Part shown: positions 46,673 through 55,057 of the stretch, piece by piece | How the letters are laid out: each line of letters begins with the position of its first letter | How positions within the stretch are numbered: the first letter of the stretch is position 1 | Virus record (IMG/VR): IMGVR_UViG_3300033146_004404 | Span: 137,185 to 201,184 of that record | DNA from: a virus | Taxonomy: Duplodnaviria > Heunggongvirae > Uroviricota > Caudoviricetes | Strand: one strand, 5' to 3' | DNA: 64,000 nucleotides | Translations under genes and position numbers: made by a program | Notes under the pieces: model-generated | Told to the model about the DNA's origin: nothing | Seen by the model: the letters and a program-made list of their open reading frames with translations, nothing else | Databases searched by the model: none

Positions 46673-49021
46673 ATGAGAATACTAAGAAAAATAACAAAAC
46701 GAGAATTGAAAGATCATCTGTATGAACTTAATACAGATGATCTTAGTCTTTATAAGGAAGCTAATAACCCTAATTCAATTGGAATCTTCCAATTGAATGG
46801 CGCTCTTGCTAGTGAGATTATAAAGAAAGTTAGACCTTCATGCTTCGACGAAATAAATGCTGTGTCTGCATTCGCCAGACCAGGAACCTCAAGCTTCGTA
46901 GAACAATACGTAGAAAACAGAGAAACAAAAAAATCTCCTTATTCAAATCAAGTAGCTGACTTGCTTACTGAAACAAACAGTATTTGTTTATATCAGGAAC
47001 AAGCCATGTCTATTTTTAACAAGATAGGTGGGTTCTCACTCGAAGAGTGCGACGGAATCAGAGGTCTTATGAAAAAGCTTGGAAAGGCAGATAAGAAAAA
47101 AGAAGATCTTGATAGATGGAATGTTATCATAGCTCAGTTTAATAAAGGCGCAGTTGAAAAAGGCATGTCAATCAAAGATGCTAAAATGATAGCAGCCGAC
47201 CTTTTGAAAATGAGTTCTTATAATTTTAACAAGTGTTTCTCTGGCGACATGGTTATAGATAAAGATAATTCTACTGGCTGGGTTCCTACTATAGAAGAAA
47301 TGTATCTTACAAGAAACGATAGAGAGTGGGCCAAAAATAACGGGCATGATTTTCTTCATTATAAGTATAAAACAAAGGGGTATGTCTCTGGATTTTCTTT
47401 ACAGGAAGATGGAAAGCTCTATAAGAATAAAATAAAAAATATTTATTTTCAAGGTAAAAAAGATGTTTATAGAATAACTCTTGAAAACGGAAAGATGATA
47501 GAAGTCACTGATAATCATAGGTTTCCGGTAATAATTGAAGGCGAAGTAGAATATAAAAGTATTGATTCTGGATTATCTATCAATGACTCTCTTTTATCTA
47601 ACGATGGATATGAGATAACGGATTTTAAAGGAAAATATAATTTTACAAAAAAAAATAATGAAACAAGAAAATTTAAAACTGCAGTTTACTATGGAAGTGG
47701 AGAAAAAAATACTGGTTATATAAATGGTGAGTCTATTAAATTTAAAGAGAATAGAAAAATTCTTCTAGAACAAGCTGAAAATATTTGTCCTATTTGCGGA
47801 AATAATATAAATAGAAAAGAATGCCATCATATCGATGGCAATAGATACAATAACGAACTTGAAAATCTTATAGTCCTTTGTCCTTCTTGCCATAAAAAAG
47901 AAGATTATAAAATTGGCAGAAATAGAAAAGGAGATAAGGGGAAAATTACATCTTTATCTAAGATCGTTTCCATTGAAAAGATCGGTGAAAAAAATACGTA
48001 TGATGTCGAAATGAACGCACCTTTTCATACAGTTTCTGTAAATGGAATAGTTGCTCACAATAGCCACAGTACAGCATATGCTTATATAGCGGCACAGACA
48101 CTTTACCTCTCATATTATTTCCGTAAGTATTTTTATGCTTCTGTTCTTCACTATGAAGTTGGAAGAGATAAGTACTTAATAGAGAGATTGAAAGCGGTTA
48201 AGAAACAAGGCTTTAACATTCTTCCTCCAAACATCAATAAGTCAAAAGTAGCAATCTCTCCAACTGGAGATGACAATATTGTTTTTGGCTTATTCGATAT
48301 TAAAGGAGTTGGTGAAGTTCCTGCAACTACAATAGTTTCACTACAGCCATTCGGTTCATTTGAAGATTTCTTAATAAGAATTCTTGGGCAGAAAGTGTCA
48401 GTAACGGTAATAAAAGCACTGATTGGAGTTGGAGCTTTTGATGAGATTTATAACCTTGATAGAAAAAGACTGATCGAAACTTTTGATATTTATTGGAAAA
48501 ATAAAAAGAGTACGAAAGTACCAGAAAAGCTTTTAGCTGTCTGGGAGGCCGCTCAGGAAGAAATCAGGGCAATTCCTGACATGACCGCTTCCATTGAAGA
48601 ACTTAGAGATTTAGAAAAGAAGTACTTTGGGTTCAATTTTTTCTTGAGTCCATTCAACGAAAAATTTATTGATGCTGTTGATTTAATGGTAACTAAGGGA
48701 ATGATCTATAGAAACTTTGAAGTTATTAAAACTGGATCTATGAAGGTTCCAGCAATAGTTAGCGGCATAAGAATACTTAATGACAGGAACGGAAATGAGA
48801 TGGCATTTCTTGAGCTTGAGGATATTGAAGGTGAATCAATAAGTATTCCTATCTTTCAAAGTTTCTGGAAAGTATTGAAAGCAAGATTTATTCAGGGAAA
48901 AGTTCATATGATAAATCTTTATTACAATAAAGAACAAGAGCAGATAATGTTTGGAAGTAAAAGGTTCATAAAGAAAGAAACAGAAATATCAAGACTTGTG
49001 AAACGATTAGATAATCTTTGA
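46673..49021 (+). CDS. dnaE: DnaE fragment 4 (fingers, HhH, OB) with cis intein
   Basis: GIFQL, RPG, YQEQ, YNFNK|intein|SHSTAYA, PPNINKS, GL..IKGVG, MAFLELED. Confidence 0.92.
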   Translation: MRILRKITKRELKDHLYELNTDDLSLYKEANNPNSIGIFQLNGALASEIIKKVRPSCFDEINAVSAFARPGTSSFVEQYVENRETKKSPYSNQVADLLTETNSICLYQEQAMSIFNKIGGFSLEECDGIRGLMKKLGKADKKKEDLDRWNVIIAQFNKGAVEKGMSIKDAKMIAADLLKMSSYNFNKCFSGDMVIDKDNSTGWVPTIEEMYLTRNDREWAKNNGHDFLHYKYKTKGYVSGFSLQEDGKLYKNKIKNIYFQGKKDVYRITLENGKMIEVTDNHRFPVIIEGEVEYKSIDSGLSINDSLLSNDGYEITDFKGKYNFTKKNNETRKFKTAVYYGSGEKNTGYINGESIKFKENRKILLEQAENICPICGNNINRKECHHIDGNRYNNELENLIVLCPSCHKKEDYKIGRNRKGDKGKITSLSKIVSIEKIGEKNTYDVEMNAPFHTVSVNGIVAHNSHSTAYAYIAAQTLYLSYYFRKYFYASVLHYEVGRDKYLIERLKAVKKQGFNILPPNINKSKVAISPTGDDNIVFGLFDIKGVGEVPATTIVSLQPFGSFEDFLIRILGQKVSVTVIKALIGVGAFDEIYNLDRKRLIETFDIYWKNKKSTKVPEKLLAVWEAAQEEIRAIPDMTASIEELRDLEKKYFGFNFFLSPFNEKFIDAVDLMVTKGMIYRNFEVIKTGSMKVPAIVSGIRILNDRNGNEMAFLELEDIEGESISIPIFQSFWKVLKARFIQGKVHMINLYYNKEQEQIMFGSKRFIKKETEISRLVKRLDNL
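47234..48061 (+). mobile_element. Cis intein with HNH endonuclease (276 aa)
   Basis: Starts CFSGD; TDNHRF; CPIC..HHIDGN..NNELENLIVLCPSCH; ends VAHN followed by S. Confidence 0.92.
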
Positions 49022-49058
49022 TGTAAAGGTAATAATATCAAACGATAAAAGGAAAAAT

Positions 49059-49715
49059 ATGTTATTAACAGAAGAGATTAGAAAGAATGCAGGGTATGAA
49101 ATAGATGAAGGTCGATATTTGACAGAAACAGAAAAAGAGTTTTTAACAGAAGCTAAGAAAAGAGCTTCTGAAAAAATTAATGATGTTTTAGACATCCTAA
49201 AGAAACAAGAAAGAAGAGCTCGTTTACATGCAGAAGAGTACGGCTCTTCAGAAGCTCGATCATACGCAACTAAGTGGGAAAAAGTAGTTGAATCCACTGA
49301 AAAATTTGTAAAAGACTTTGCCCAGACTGAAAAGGATCTAAAAAAAACTAAGTTTAATAGAAATAGAAAAGAGTTTTTTAAGGCTAAAATTGAAAGGTTG
49401 AAAAAAAGCCATAAGTTATTATATGCTGAAGCTAAGGAATTAGATAGAGCTAGGAATGAAGCTAAGAAAGTTGCAAAGAAAAGTATTAAGTTTTCATATG
49501 CTGCTATAGTGATAGCACCTTTAATTTTAGGTTTAGGGTCAGCTATATTTCCTCCTCTTGCAGCATTTTTAGCAGCAGTAGTAGCTTCTACAGTCACTGC
49601 AGTACTTCCTTCAGAACATTATAGAAAAAAATCGGATAAGATGAAAAGCGCAGCTAGAAATAGATTAGTTAATAGTAGAGATGAGGATGAATTGTTTAAG
49701 AGCGTGACTGATTAA
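49059..49715 (+). CDS. Leader-bearing membrane protein (paralogue)
   Basis: MLLTEEIRKNAGYEIDE; hydrophobic hairpin AAIVIAPLILGLGSAIFPPLAAFLAAVVA; late motif at 49023. Confidence 0.65.
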   Translation: MLLTEEIRKNAGYEIDEGRYLTETEKEFLTEAKKRASEKINDVLDILKKQERRARLHAEEYGSSEARSYATKWEKVVESTEKFVKDFAQTEKDLKKTKFNRNRKEFFKAKIERLKKSHKLLYAEAKELDRARNEAKKVAKKSIKFSYAAIVIAPLILGLGSAIFPPLAAFLAAVVASTVTAVLPSEHYRKKSDKMKSAARNRLVNSRDEDELFKSVTD

Positions 49716-49717
49716 TA

Positions 49718-50137
49718 ATGAGGCTTAACCATAAAACTTTAATAGATGATAGACAAGTAACTCCATTTCTAGTACAGGGAGCTAACGTCTATTGTTTTGA
49801 CGAGAAAAAACAAACTGTTATTCTTGATGTTGAAAAATTTAAGAAGAGCAAGAAAAATATTGTAAGATCTATTATGCCAAGAGCAGTAATTAGAAGAAAG
49901 AAAGCTTCCTTTAATTACGCAGGAAGTGGAATAATTTCATTAATAGGATCTGCTGATTATAAAACAATAAAGAAGAAATCTACTAAGAAAAAAATAGATC
50001 TCTCTTATACTGCGGAAGGTTCTATTAAAGTTTTCGGCGCTTCTAATACAAGTATGGAAAATAAAACGTTTGTAGTCCCTCCTATTATAGATAATACTAG
50101 GTACTTAAGACCTACGTTAGACGATGAGTACATTTAG
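49718..50137 (+). CDS. Hypothetical protein
   Basis: Operonic ORF. Confidence 0.55.
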   Translation: MRLNHKTLIDDRQVTPFLVQGANVYCFDEKKQTVILDVEKFKKSKKNIVRSIMPRAVIRRKKASFNYAGSGIISLIGSADYKTIKKKSTKKKIDLSYTAEGSIKVFGASNTSMENKTFVVPPIIDNTRYLRPTLDDEYI

Positions 50138-50143
50138 GAGAAA

Positions 50144-50476
50144 ATGATGGATTTTAGAGAAATATTAAACGAAGAATTAAACGTACAGTTTGTAAATAAA
50201 GAGCTTGCTGGATTAGAAGCTTCTAAGAAGCAGTTAGATGCAGTGGTTCAACAGAATCCATTAATTGGAAAACAAATAGCGGCACCTATAGCTGAAATAG
50301 ACAAGAAAATAACAAGTCTTAAATATGCCGTTGCCGAATATGTTAATAAAGAGAAAATGCAAAAGAAAGCTGGAGTCGGTTCACAAACCCAAGCACAGCC
50401 TACTTTACCTACGCCTGCTGCAAAACCAGCTCCAGCAACTCCTGCTGCAGCTCCAGCAGTAAAACCAGCTCAATAA
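50144..50476 (+). CDS. Hypothetical protein with DFREILNE leader and P/A-rich tail
   Basis: RBS AGGAG. Confidence 0.6.
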   Translation: MMDFREILNEELNVQFVNKELAGLEASKKQLDAVVQQNPLIGKQIAAPIAEIDKKITSLKYAVAEYVNKEKMQKKAGVGSQTQAQPTLPTPAAKPAPATPAAAPAVKPAQ

Positions 50477-50480
50477 AATA

Positions 50481-50509
50481 TTGACAAAAAAAGAATAATA
50501 TGGTATAAT
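50481..50509 (+). promoter_or_regulatory. Conserved promoter (copy 10)
   Basis: TTGACA-AAAAAAGAATAATATGG-TATAAT. Confidence 0.9.
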
Positions 50510-50528
50510 TAAAGCAAGGAGAGAGTTA

Positions 50529-50774
50529 TTGAATAATTTTTGCAGCAATTGTAATACCAGAAATGTTCCCGATAGTTTAAAGAAAAAATTTAACGAAAAT
50601 TATAAACCCACTTTTTTGAATTGCCCTCAAGACGATCCAAATGTAGCTGGGTGTTTAATAAAGAACTCGAAAATAAATTGGAGTAGCTTTTGTAATTACT
50701 TATTTGATCATAAAATGCTAACAGTTGATGAAGCGAGTACGATGGCGACTATGGGACTCTTTATAAAAAAATGA
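50529..50774 (+). CDS. Cys-rich hypothetical protein
   Basis: TTG start after AGGAG. Confidence 0.55.
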   Translation: MNNFCSNCNTRNVPDSLKKKFNENYKPTFLNCPQDDPNVAGCLIKNSKINWSSFCNYLFDHKMLTVDEASTMATMGLFIKK

Positions 50775-51340
50775 CAAAAGAAGAAGCTACGTATAGATTA
50801 GCTTCCGCCTACATTAAAGAATATAGGCAAGTAGGTGGATACTTATTTACAATGAAAAATGTAGATAGAACAAAGTGGATAAAATTCTTTGAGAGAGCAG
50901 CAGGATACCGATCTATAGTAGGATGGAGTCCTGAAGAGCACGTCAAAAGCTGTTTTGAAAAACATGGTAAGATACTTCCTTTCAGAATTTTTGGAAAAAC
51001 TGCAATAGAAGCATGGGAAGAATATAATCACAGATATAAGAATAAAATTAAGAATGATTATATAGTTCAAATGCTAGATTCATACAAAAAAATCAAAAAG
51101 TGGAACAAACAAGAGTATGACCCTACATATTACAGAAGTAATATTCTATTGATGAAAAGAAAAACTTTATCAATCTATTTACTTTGTCTATCTAAAGAAT
51201 ATAGAATTTTGAATAAAGAGCAGCATTACTATACAGAAGAAGAGCTTGATATAAAAAGGGTAATTGTATTCACTAATAAAAAAGTATGGAATAAAATGAT
51301 AGAAGTCTTAAAAGACGACTTCTATCAAAAGGGAGAATAA
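50771..51340 (+). CDS. Hypothetical protein
   Basis: ATGA overlap, operonic. Confidence 0.6.
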   Translation: MTKEEATYRLASAYIKEYRQVGGYLFTMKNVDRTKWIKFFERAAGYRSIVGWSPEEHVKSCFEKHGKILPFRIFGKTAIEAWEEYNHRYKNKIKNDYIVQMLDSYKKIKKWNKQEYDPTYYRSNILLMKRKTLSIYLLCLSKEYRILNKEQHYYTEEELDIKRVIVFTNKKVWNKMIEVLKDDFYQKGE

Positions 51341-51342
51341 AT

Positions 51343-52305
51343 TTGAAGGTACTAATCGATCATATGAACTATCTGTTTATAGGATATCATTCAGCAAGAA
51401 GAAGTTTTAAAGAAGAGACAGGAAAAGATGAAATTCTAATGGAAGATATGGGATTTTTTTATCACATGCTTTTCAAGAATTATAACTACCTCTTCAAAGA
51501 TTATGGAAACTTAATAATCTGCCATGAAGGAAAAGGATCTCTAGATTGGAGAAGAAATATCTATGATGACTATAAAAGAAATCGAGATAAATCAAAACAG
51601 GAGCAATCATATCTTGACCTGAAGCAGACATTCTCAGTTATAGAAAAACAACTTGATTATTATCCTACGAAACAAATTAAAGTGGATGGAATGGAAGCAG
51701 ATGATGTGATGTTTGCTTTAGCTTGTGAGTTCGCCAGTAAAGGTGAAGACGTTACAGTAATTTCGACTGATAAGGACATGATTCAGTTAAAAAATTATTA
51801 TGATAATATTGATGTATATAATTCAATAAAAAAAACGTTCTATAATAAGAGCGAAAATATTGTAATGGAAAAAGCAATCTGCGGAGATTCATCAGATAAT
51901 ATTCCTGGGTTGTATAGAGTTGGGCCAAAGACTCTTGAAAAGATGCTTGTAGATAAAGATCTTTGGAGAAAGAAAATGGCAGGTGGAAATAAAGAGATTT
52001 ATGAAACATTTTCACAGATTGTTGATTTGAGTGCTTTCCCTAAAGAGAAACATGAAGAAGCAGTCAAACAGTTTTATGATAAAAAATATAATTTATTTGA
52101 TCCAAATCAAATAGAACTATTCTATTATGAGAACAAAATGGCAGACCATTTATCAAGATGGGGAAGAGAAGCTGGAGATATAATTGATACTCTTGTTTCG
52201 CAAGGATATAAGACAGCAAATTATGATCCATTTAAAAACACGGACGTTTCAGTTGAAGCGGAAGTAAATACTGAAGTAGATGACTTTTTACAGGACTTTG
52301 TATGA
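51343..52305 (+). CDS. rnh: RNase H / 5'-3' flap exonuclease (T4 Rnh-like)
   Basis: WRR.IY.DYKRNR, EADD, ISTDKDMIQL, GDSSDNIPG..RVGPKT. Confidence 0.88.
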   Translation: MKVLIDHMNYLFIGYHSARRSFKEETGKDEILMEDMGFFYHMLFKNYNYLFKDYGNLIICHEGKGSLDWRRNIYDDYKRNRDKSKQEQSYLDLKQTFSVIEKQLDYYPTKQIKVDGMEADDVMFALACEFASKGEDVTVISTDKDMIQLKNYYDNIDVYNSIKKTFYNKSENIVMEKAICGDSSDNIPGLYRVGPKTLEKMLVDKDLWRKKMAGGNKEIYETFSQIVDLSAFPKEKHEEAVKQFYDKKYNLFDPNQIELFYYENKMADHLSRWGREAGDIIDTLVSQGYKTANYDPFKNTDVSVEAEVNTEVDDFLQDFV

Positions 52306-53324
52306 TAACAGTGGGCGTAGGAAATACAGGAATGAAATTAGCTAGAATGTTTGATGAAGATTCTATTCTTATTTCTACTGCCCATCAAGACTCTGAAAAC
52401 TTTAAGGACTATGAAGTCCATACTTTTACAGAGGAAGGATGCGGCAAGAAATTCGGGACTGGAGTCAAACTTTGGAAAGGAATTACAAATCAATTAGAAG
52501 ATTTGCTCGATGGAATTGAGAATGAGAAAGTTGTTATTTTTTCAAGTTTAGGTGGTGGTTCTGGAAGTTCATCACTTCAGTTTCTATCTAAGATCCTTTT
52601 AGCTAAAGAGAATAAAGTTTTTATAGTTGGAGTTCTTCCATACAAGAAAGAAGTTGTTCCTCCATTAGCAAACGCAGTTCAATCAATAAATAGCTTAATG
52701 CCATTTATCAATGACGTAACTGTTATGCTTTTTGATAATCAAACTCTTCTTAAAGAATATGAAAATTCTTGGAAGGATGTAAATGAAAGCATCATAATGA
52801 AAGTGAATTATGTAGTGAATCTTCTTAAGAAACATTCTGTAGATGGATATTCTCCATTAACTATAGATCAATCAGAGCTTGAATCAGTTGTATTCGGCGG
52901 TGGTTTTATAGATGTGTCAGATGATTTCTTAGAAGAAACAACTCCTAAGTTTCATTATGGAAAGATGGACGCTCAAACAAAAAACGTGTTAATTGCTATG
53001 TTTGTAGATCAATACGTTTCTGACAGAAAAATGGAAGAGTATCATAATACTTTGACTTCAGTTCAAATGAAGTATTCAGGAAGAGTTAAAAACGCTAGAA
53101 TGGTTACTGGGATAGTTAGAGGTAGAGTTCTTGGATCCAAGTCAAACTTAAACTTTAAAGATAGAGCTTATGTTACAATTGCTTCAGGATTAAATGTTGA
53201 GAAATACTCGATTAAGATTGAGAAGCTTAGAGATGAAGCAATAGAAAAGGCAACTATCTTTTCATCAAAAATAGTTGGAGCAAAAGTTGTTAGCAGCAAA
53301 GATTCTAAATTGTTAGATATTTAA
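52302..53324 (+). CDS. Tubulin/FtsZ-family GTPase (PhuZ/TubZ-like)
   Basis: VGVGNTG, EGCGK, SLGGGSGS signature, FDN, IDQSE. Confidence 0.82.
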   Translation: MITVGVGNTGMKLARMFDEDSILISTAHQDSENFKDYEVHTFTEEGCGKKFGTGVKLWKGITNQLEDLLDGIENEKVVIFSSLGGGSGSSSLQFLSKILLAKENKVFIVGVLPYKKEVVPPLANAVQSINSLMPFINDVTVMLFDNQTLLKEYENSWKDVNESIIMKVNYVVNLLKKHSVDGYSPLTIDQSELESVVFGGGFIDVSDDFLEETTPKFHYGKMDAQTKNVLIAMFVDQYVSDRKMEEYHNTLTSVQMKYSGRVKNARMVTGIVRGRVLGSKSNLNFKDRAYVTIASGLNVEKYSIKIEKLRDEAIEKATIFSSKIVGAKVVSSKDSKLLDI

Positions 53325-53325
53325 T

Positions 53326-53354
53326 TTGACAAAAAAAGAATAATATGCTATAAT
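53326..53354 (+). promoter_or_regulatory. Conserved promoter (copy 11)
   Basis: TTGACA-AAAAAAGAATAATATGC-TATAAT. Confidence 0.9.
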
Positions 53355-53373
53355 TACTATAGGAGAAAGAAAA

Positions 53374-53667
53374 TTGGGAAAAAGAAAAACAGCATTAAAA
53401 AAGAACAATCCTAATAGACACAAAGCTTTAGTATTATTGAGAAATCATAATTACATTGAAAACTTTGTAATGAAAAATGGGGTTGAAGTTGCTTTTAATC
53501 CAATGAAAACTTTTCTTATGCTAAAAGAGTATAAGCACGAAGAATTCAAAAAGGGATTAATGAGGTTGGCTTCTAAAATTGCACTCGGAGAAAAGAAATA
53601 CAATGAGATGTCAGAAGCTAAAGGGTTAGCAGAAGCAGAAAAAATAATGGCAGAGGCGGGAATATAA
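53374..53667 (+). CDS. Hypothetical protein
   Basis: TTG start after AGGAG. Confidence 0.6.
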   Translation: MGKRKTALKKNNPNRHKALVLLRNHNYIENFVMKNGVEVAFNPMKTFLMLKEYKHEEFKKGLMRLASKIALGEKKYNEMSEAKGLAEAEKIMAEAGI

Positions 53668-53907
53668 ATGTTAGATCCATCAGAAAAGAAAGCAGTTCAG
53701 GAAAATTTCCAGACATGGTTAGAGATTCAGGACAGAAGAAAAGAACTTACAGTTGAGAATAAAGACGTTGTAGATTTAACAGCATCTCTCTTGGGACAGA
53801 AGACAAAAATGGTTAATAAGCTATTTAAAGTTTTACAGAATAAAATGGAAAATGGCGAAGATGAACTGGAAGAACTTTATAGTTTAATGACAGACATAGA
53901 AGCATAG
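53668..53907 (+). CDS. dsDNA-binding protein, T4 DsbA-like
   Basis: KDVV...LG..KMVNKLF...ELEELY pattern resembles DsbA; RBS GAGG. Confidence 0.5.
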   Translation: MLDPSEKKAVQENFQTWLEIQDRRKELTVENKDVVDLTASLLGQKTKMVNKLFKVLQNKMENGEDELEELYSLMTDIEA

Positions 53908-53934
53908 TAAAGATAAATAATAGAGAGGTCTATT

Positions 53935-54294
53935 ATGAAAAACGACAATAACGATTTATTAGCTTGGTATGATAAAATATTAAACGAAGAGGAAGGGCTT
54001 GGAACTTTTACAGTTCCAGTTCTTCAAAATCAAGAGCAGCAAGAACCATCAATTGTGCAGACACAAGAACCGCCAGAAGGCGATCAGTCGCAGTTGGCGA
54101 AAGATCCTGTTGTCCAGAAAGACAAAGGCAATTCATTAGTTGCTTTTGTCATAGCTAAAAAAATTCAAGACATATTAGTTAGAGTTGCCGGCCTTGAAGA
54201 ACCTTACGAATCTGATTCTGAGGAACGACAAATGATGGTCGACAAATTGAAAAAACTTTATGAAAAACTTGGAGAACATATAGGAAGCTTATGA
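53935..54294 (+). CDS. Hypothetical late protein (ILNE site)
   Basis: GTAAAGATAA at 53907; RBS GAGG. Confidence 0.6.
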   Translation: MKNDNNDLLAWYDKILNEEEGLGTFTVPVLQNQEQQEPSIVQTQEPPEGDQSQLAKDPVVQKDKGNSLVAFVIAKKIQDILVRVAGLEEPYESDSEERQMMVDKLKKLYEKLGEHIGSL

Positions 54295-54500
54295 ATTTAA
54301 GTCTTATAGAAAAAGAGGCTATGTTTCAAGATCTCAAAGAAATCAAGAAAACTAATGCTGCAATAGCAGAAACTAATAAAGCTATTGCAGTATTACTTAA
54401 AGGCATGAATGATTTCTTTAGGTCTATGGAAGAACTTGAAACTAAAGATGACGGAAGTTATCAGAAAGAACTAAGTAAAGGGTATGGGCCAAAAATATGA
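54291..54500 (+). CDS. Hypothetical protein
   Basis: ATGA overlap. Confidence 0.55.
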   Translation: MNLSLIEKEAMFQDLKEIKKTNAAIAETNKAIAVLLKGMNDFFRSMEELETKDDGSYQKELSKGYGPKI

Positions 54501-54610
54501 GCGATGAATATGAGCGATAAATATCCTCCTCTATTGAGTTTCCAGGACTTACAAAAAAACGGAAAAGCTCGTCTATATGGGGTTTTCACTTAAAAATAAC
54601 GAAGGGTTGG

Positions 54611-55057
54611 ATGGTAAAAACGATAGAAGCTTTAGTATCAGTAAAGTTTTTTATGAAAAACAGTAAGATCTTTCAACATTTTATAATTGAAAAAAAGCGT
54701 GGAGTTTCTAAGTATTTACTTGATCCACGCTTTTTAGTTTATGATAGATTGGAAGAAAAAATAAAAGAATTTGCTCTGTCGAATATTTCTGCTGATTATC
54801 TCTTTACAGAAAGGAGAGACGAAAAAGACAGAATAGTTATAGAGTATATAACTAACAAAACTGATAAACCACAAAATTATTATTTCGTAGTTCCTGGATT
54901 TGTTCCGGAAACTTCCGGTTGTTTTGACTGTAAATTTAGAAATGATAAAAATGATAACATAGGTTCTTTTTATTGTACTTTTAAAAAGAAGTCATTTACA
55001 CACAAACTAAAGAACTGTGCATTCTTTAGGCAGAAAGATGGGTTGTTTAAAACATAA
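54611..55057 (+). CDS. Hypothetical protein with C-terminal Cys4 motif; 5' end uncertain
   Basis: CFDCKF...YC...NC; upstream region looks frame-disrupted. Confidence 0.55.
   Translation: MVKTIEALVSVKFFMKNSKIFQHFIIEKKRGVSKYLLDPRFLVYDRLEEKIKEFALSNISADYLFTERRDEKDRIVIEYITNKTDKPQNYYFVVPGFVPETSGCFDCKFRNDKNDNIGSFYCTFKKKSFTHKLKNCAFFRQKDGLFKT

Noticed and set aside
34996-46673. Group I/II introns joining the dnaE fragments
   Set aside because: No intron core seen. The intervening DNA holds ordinary genes and terminators, and the fragments have their own promoters or SDs and extra terminal residues. Not formally excluded without RT-PCR.
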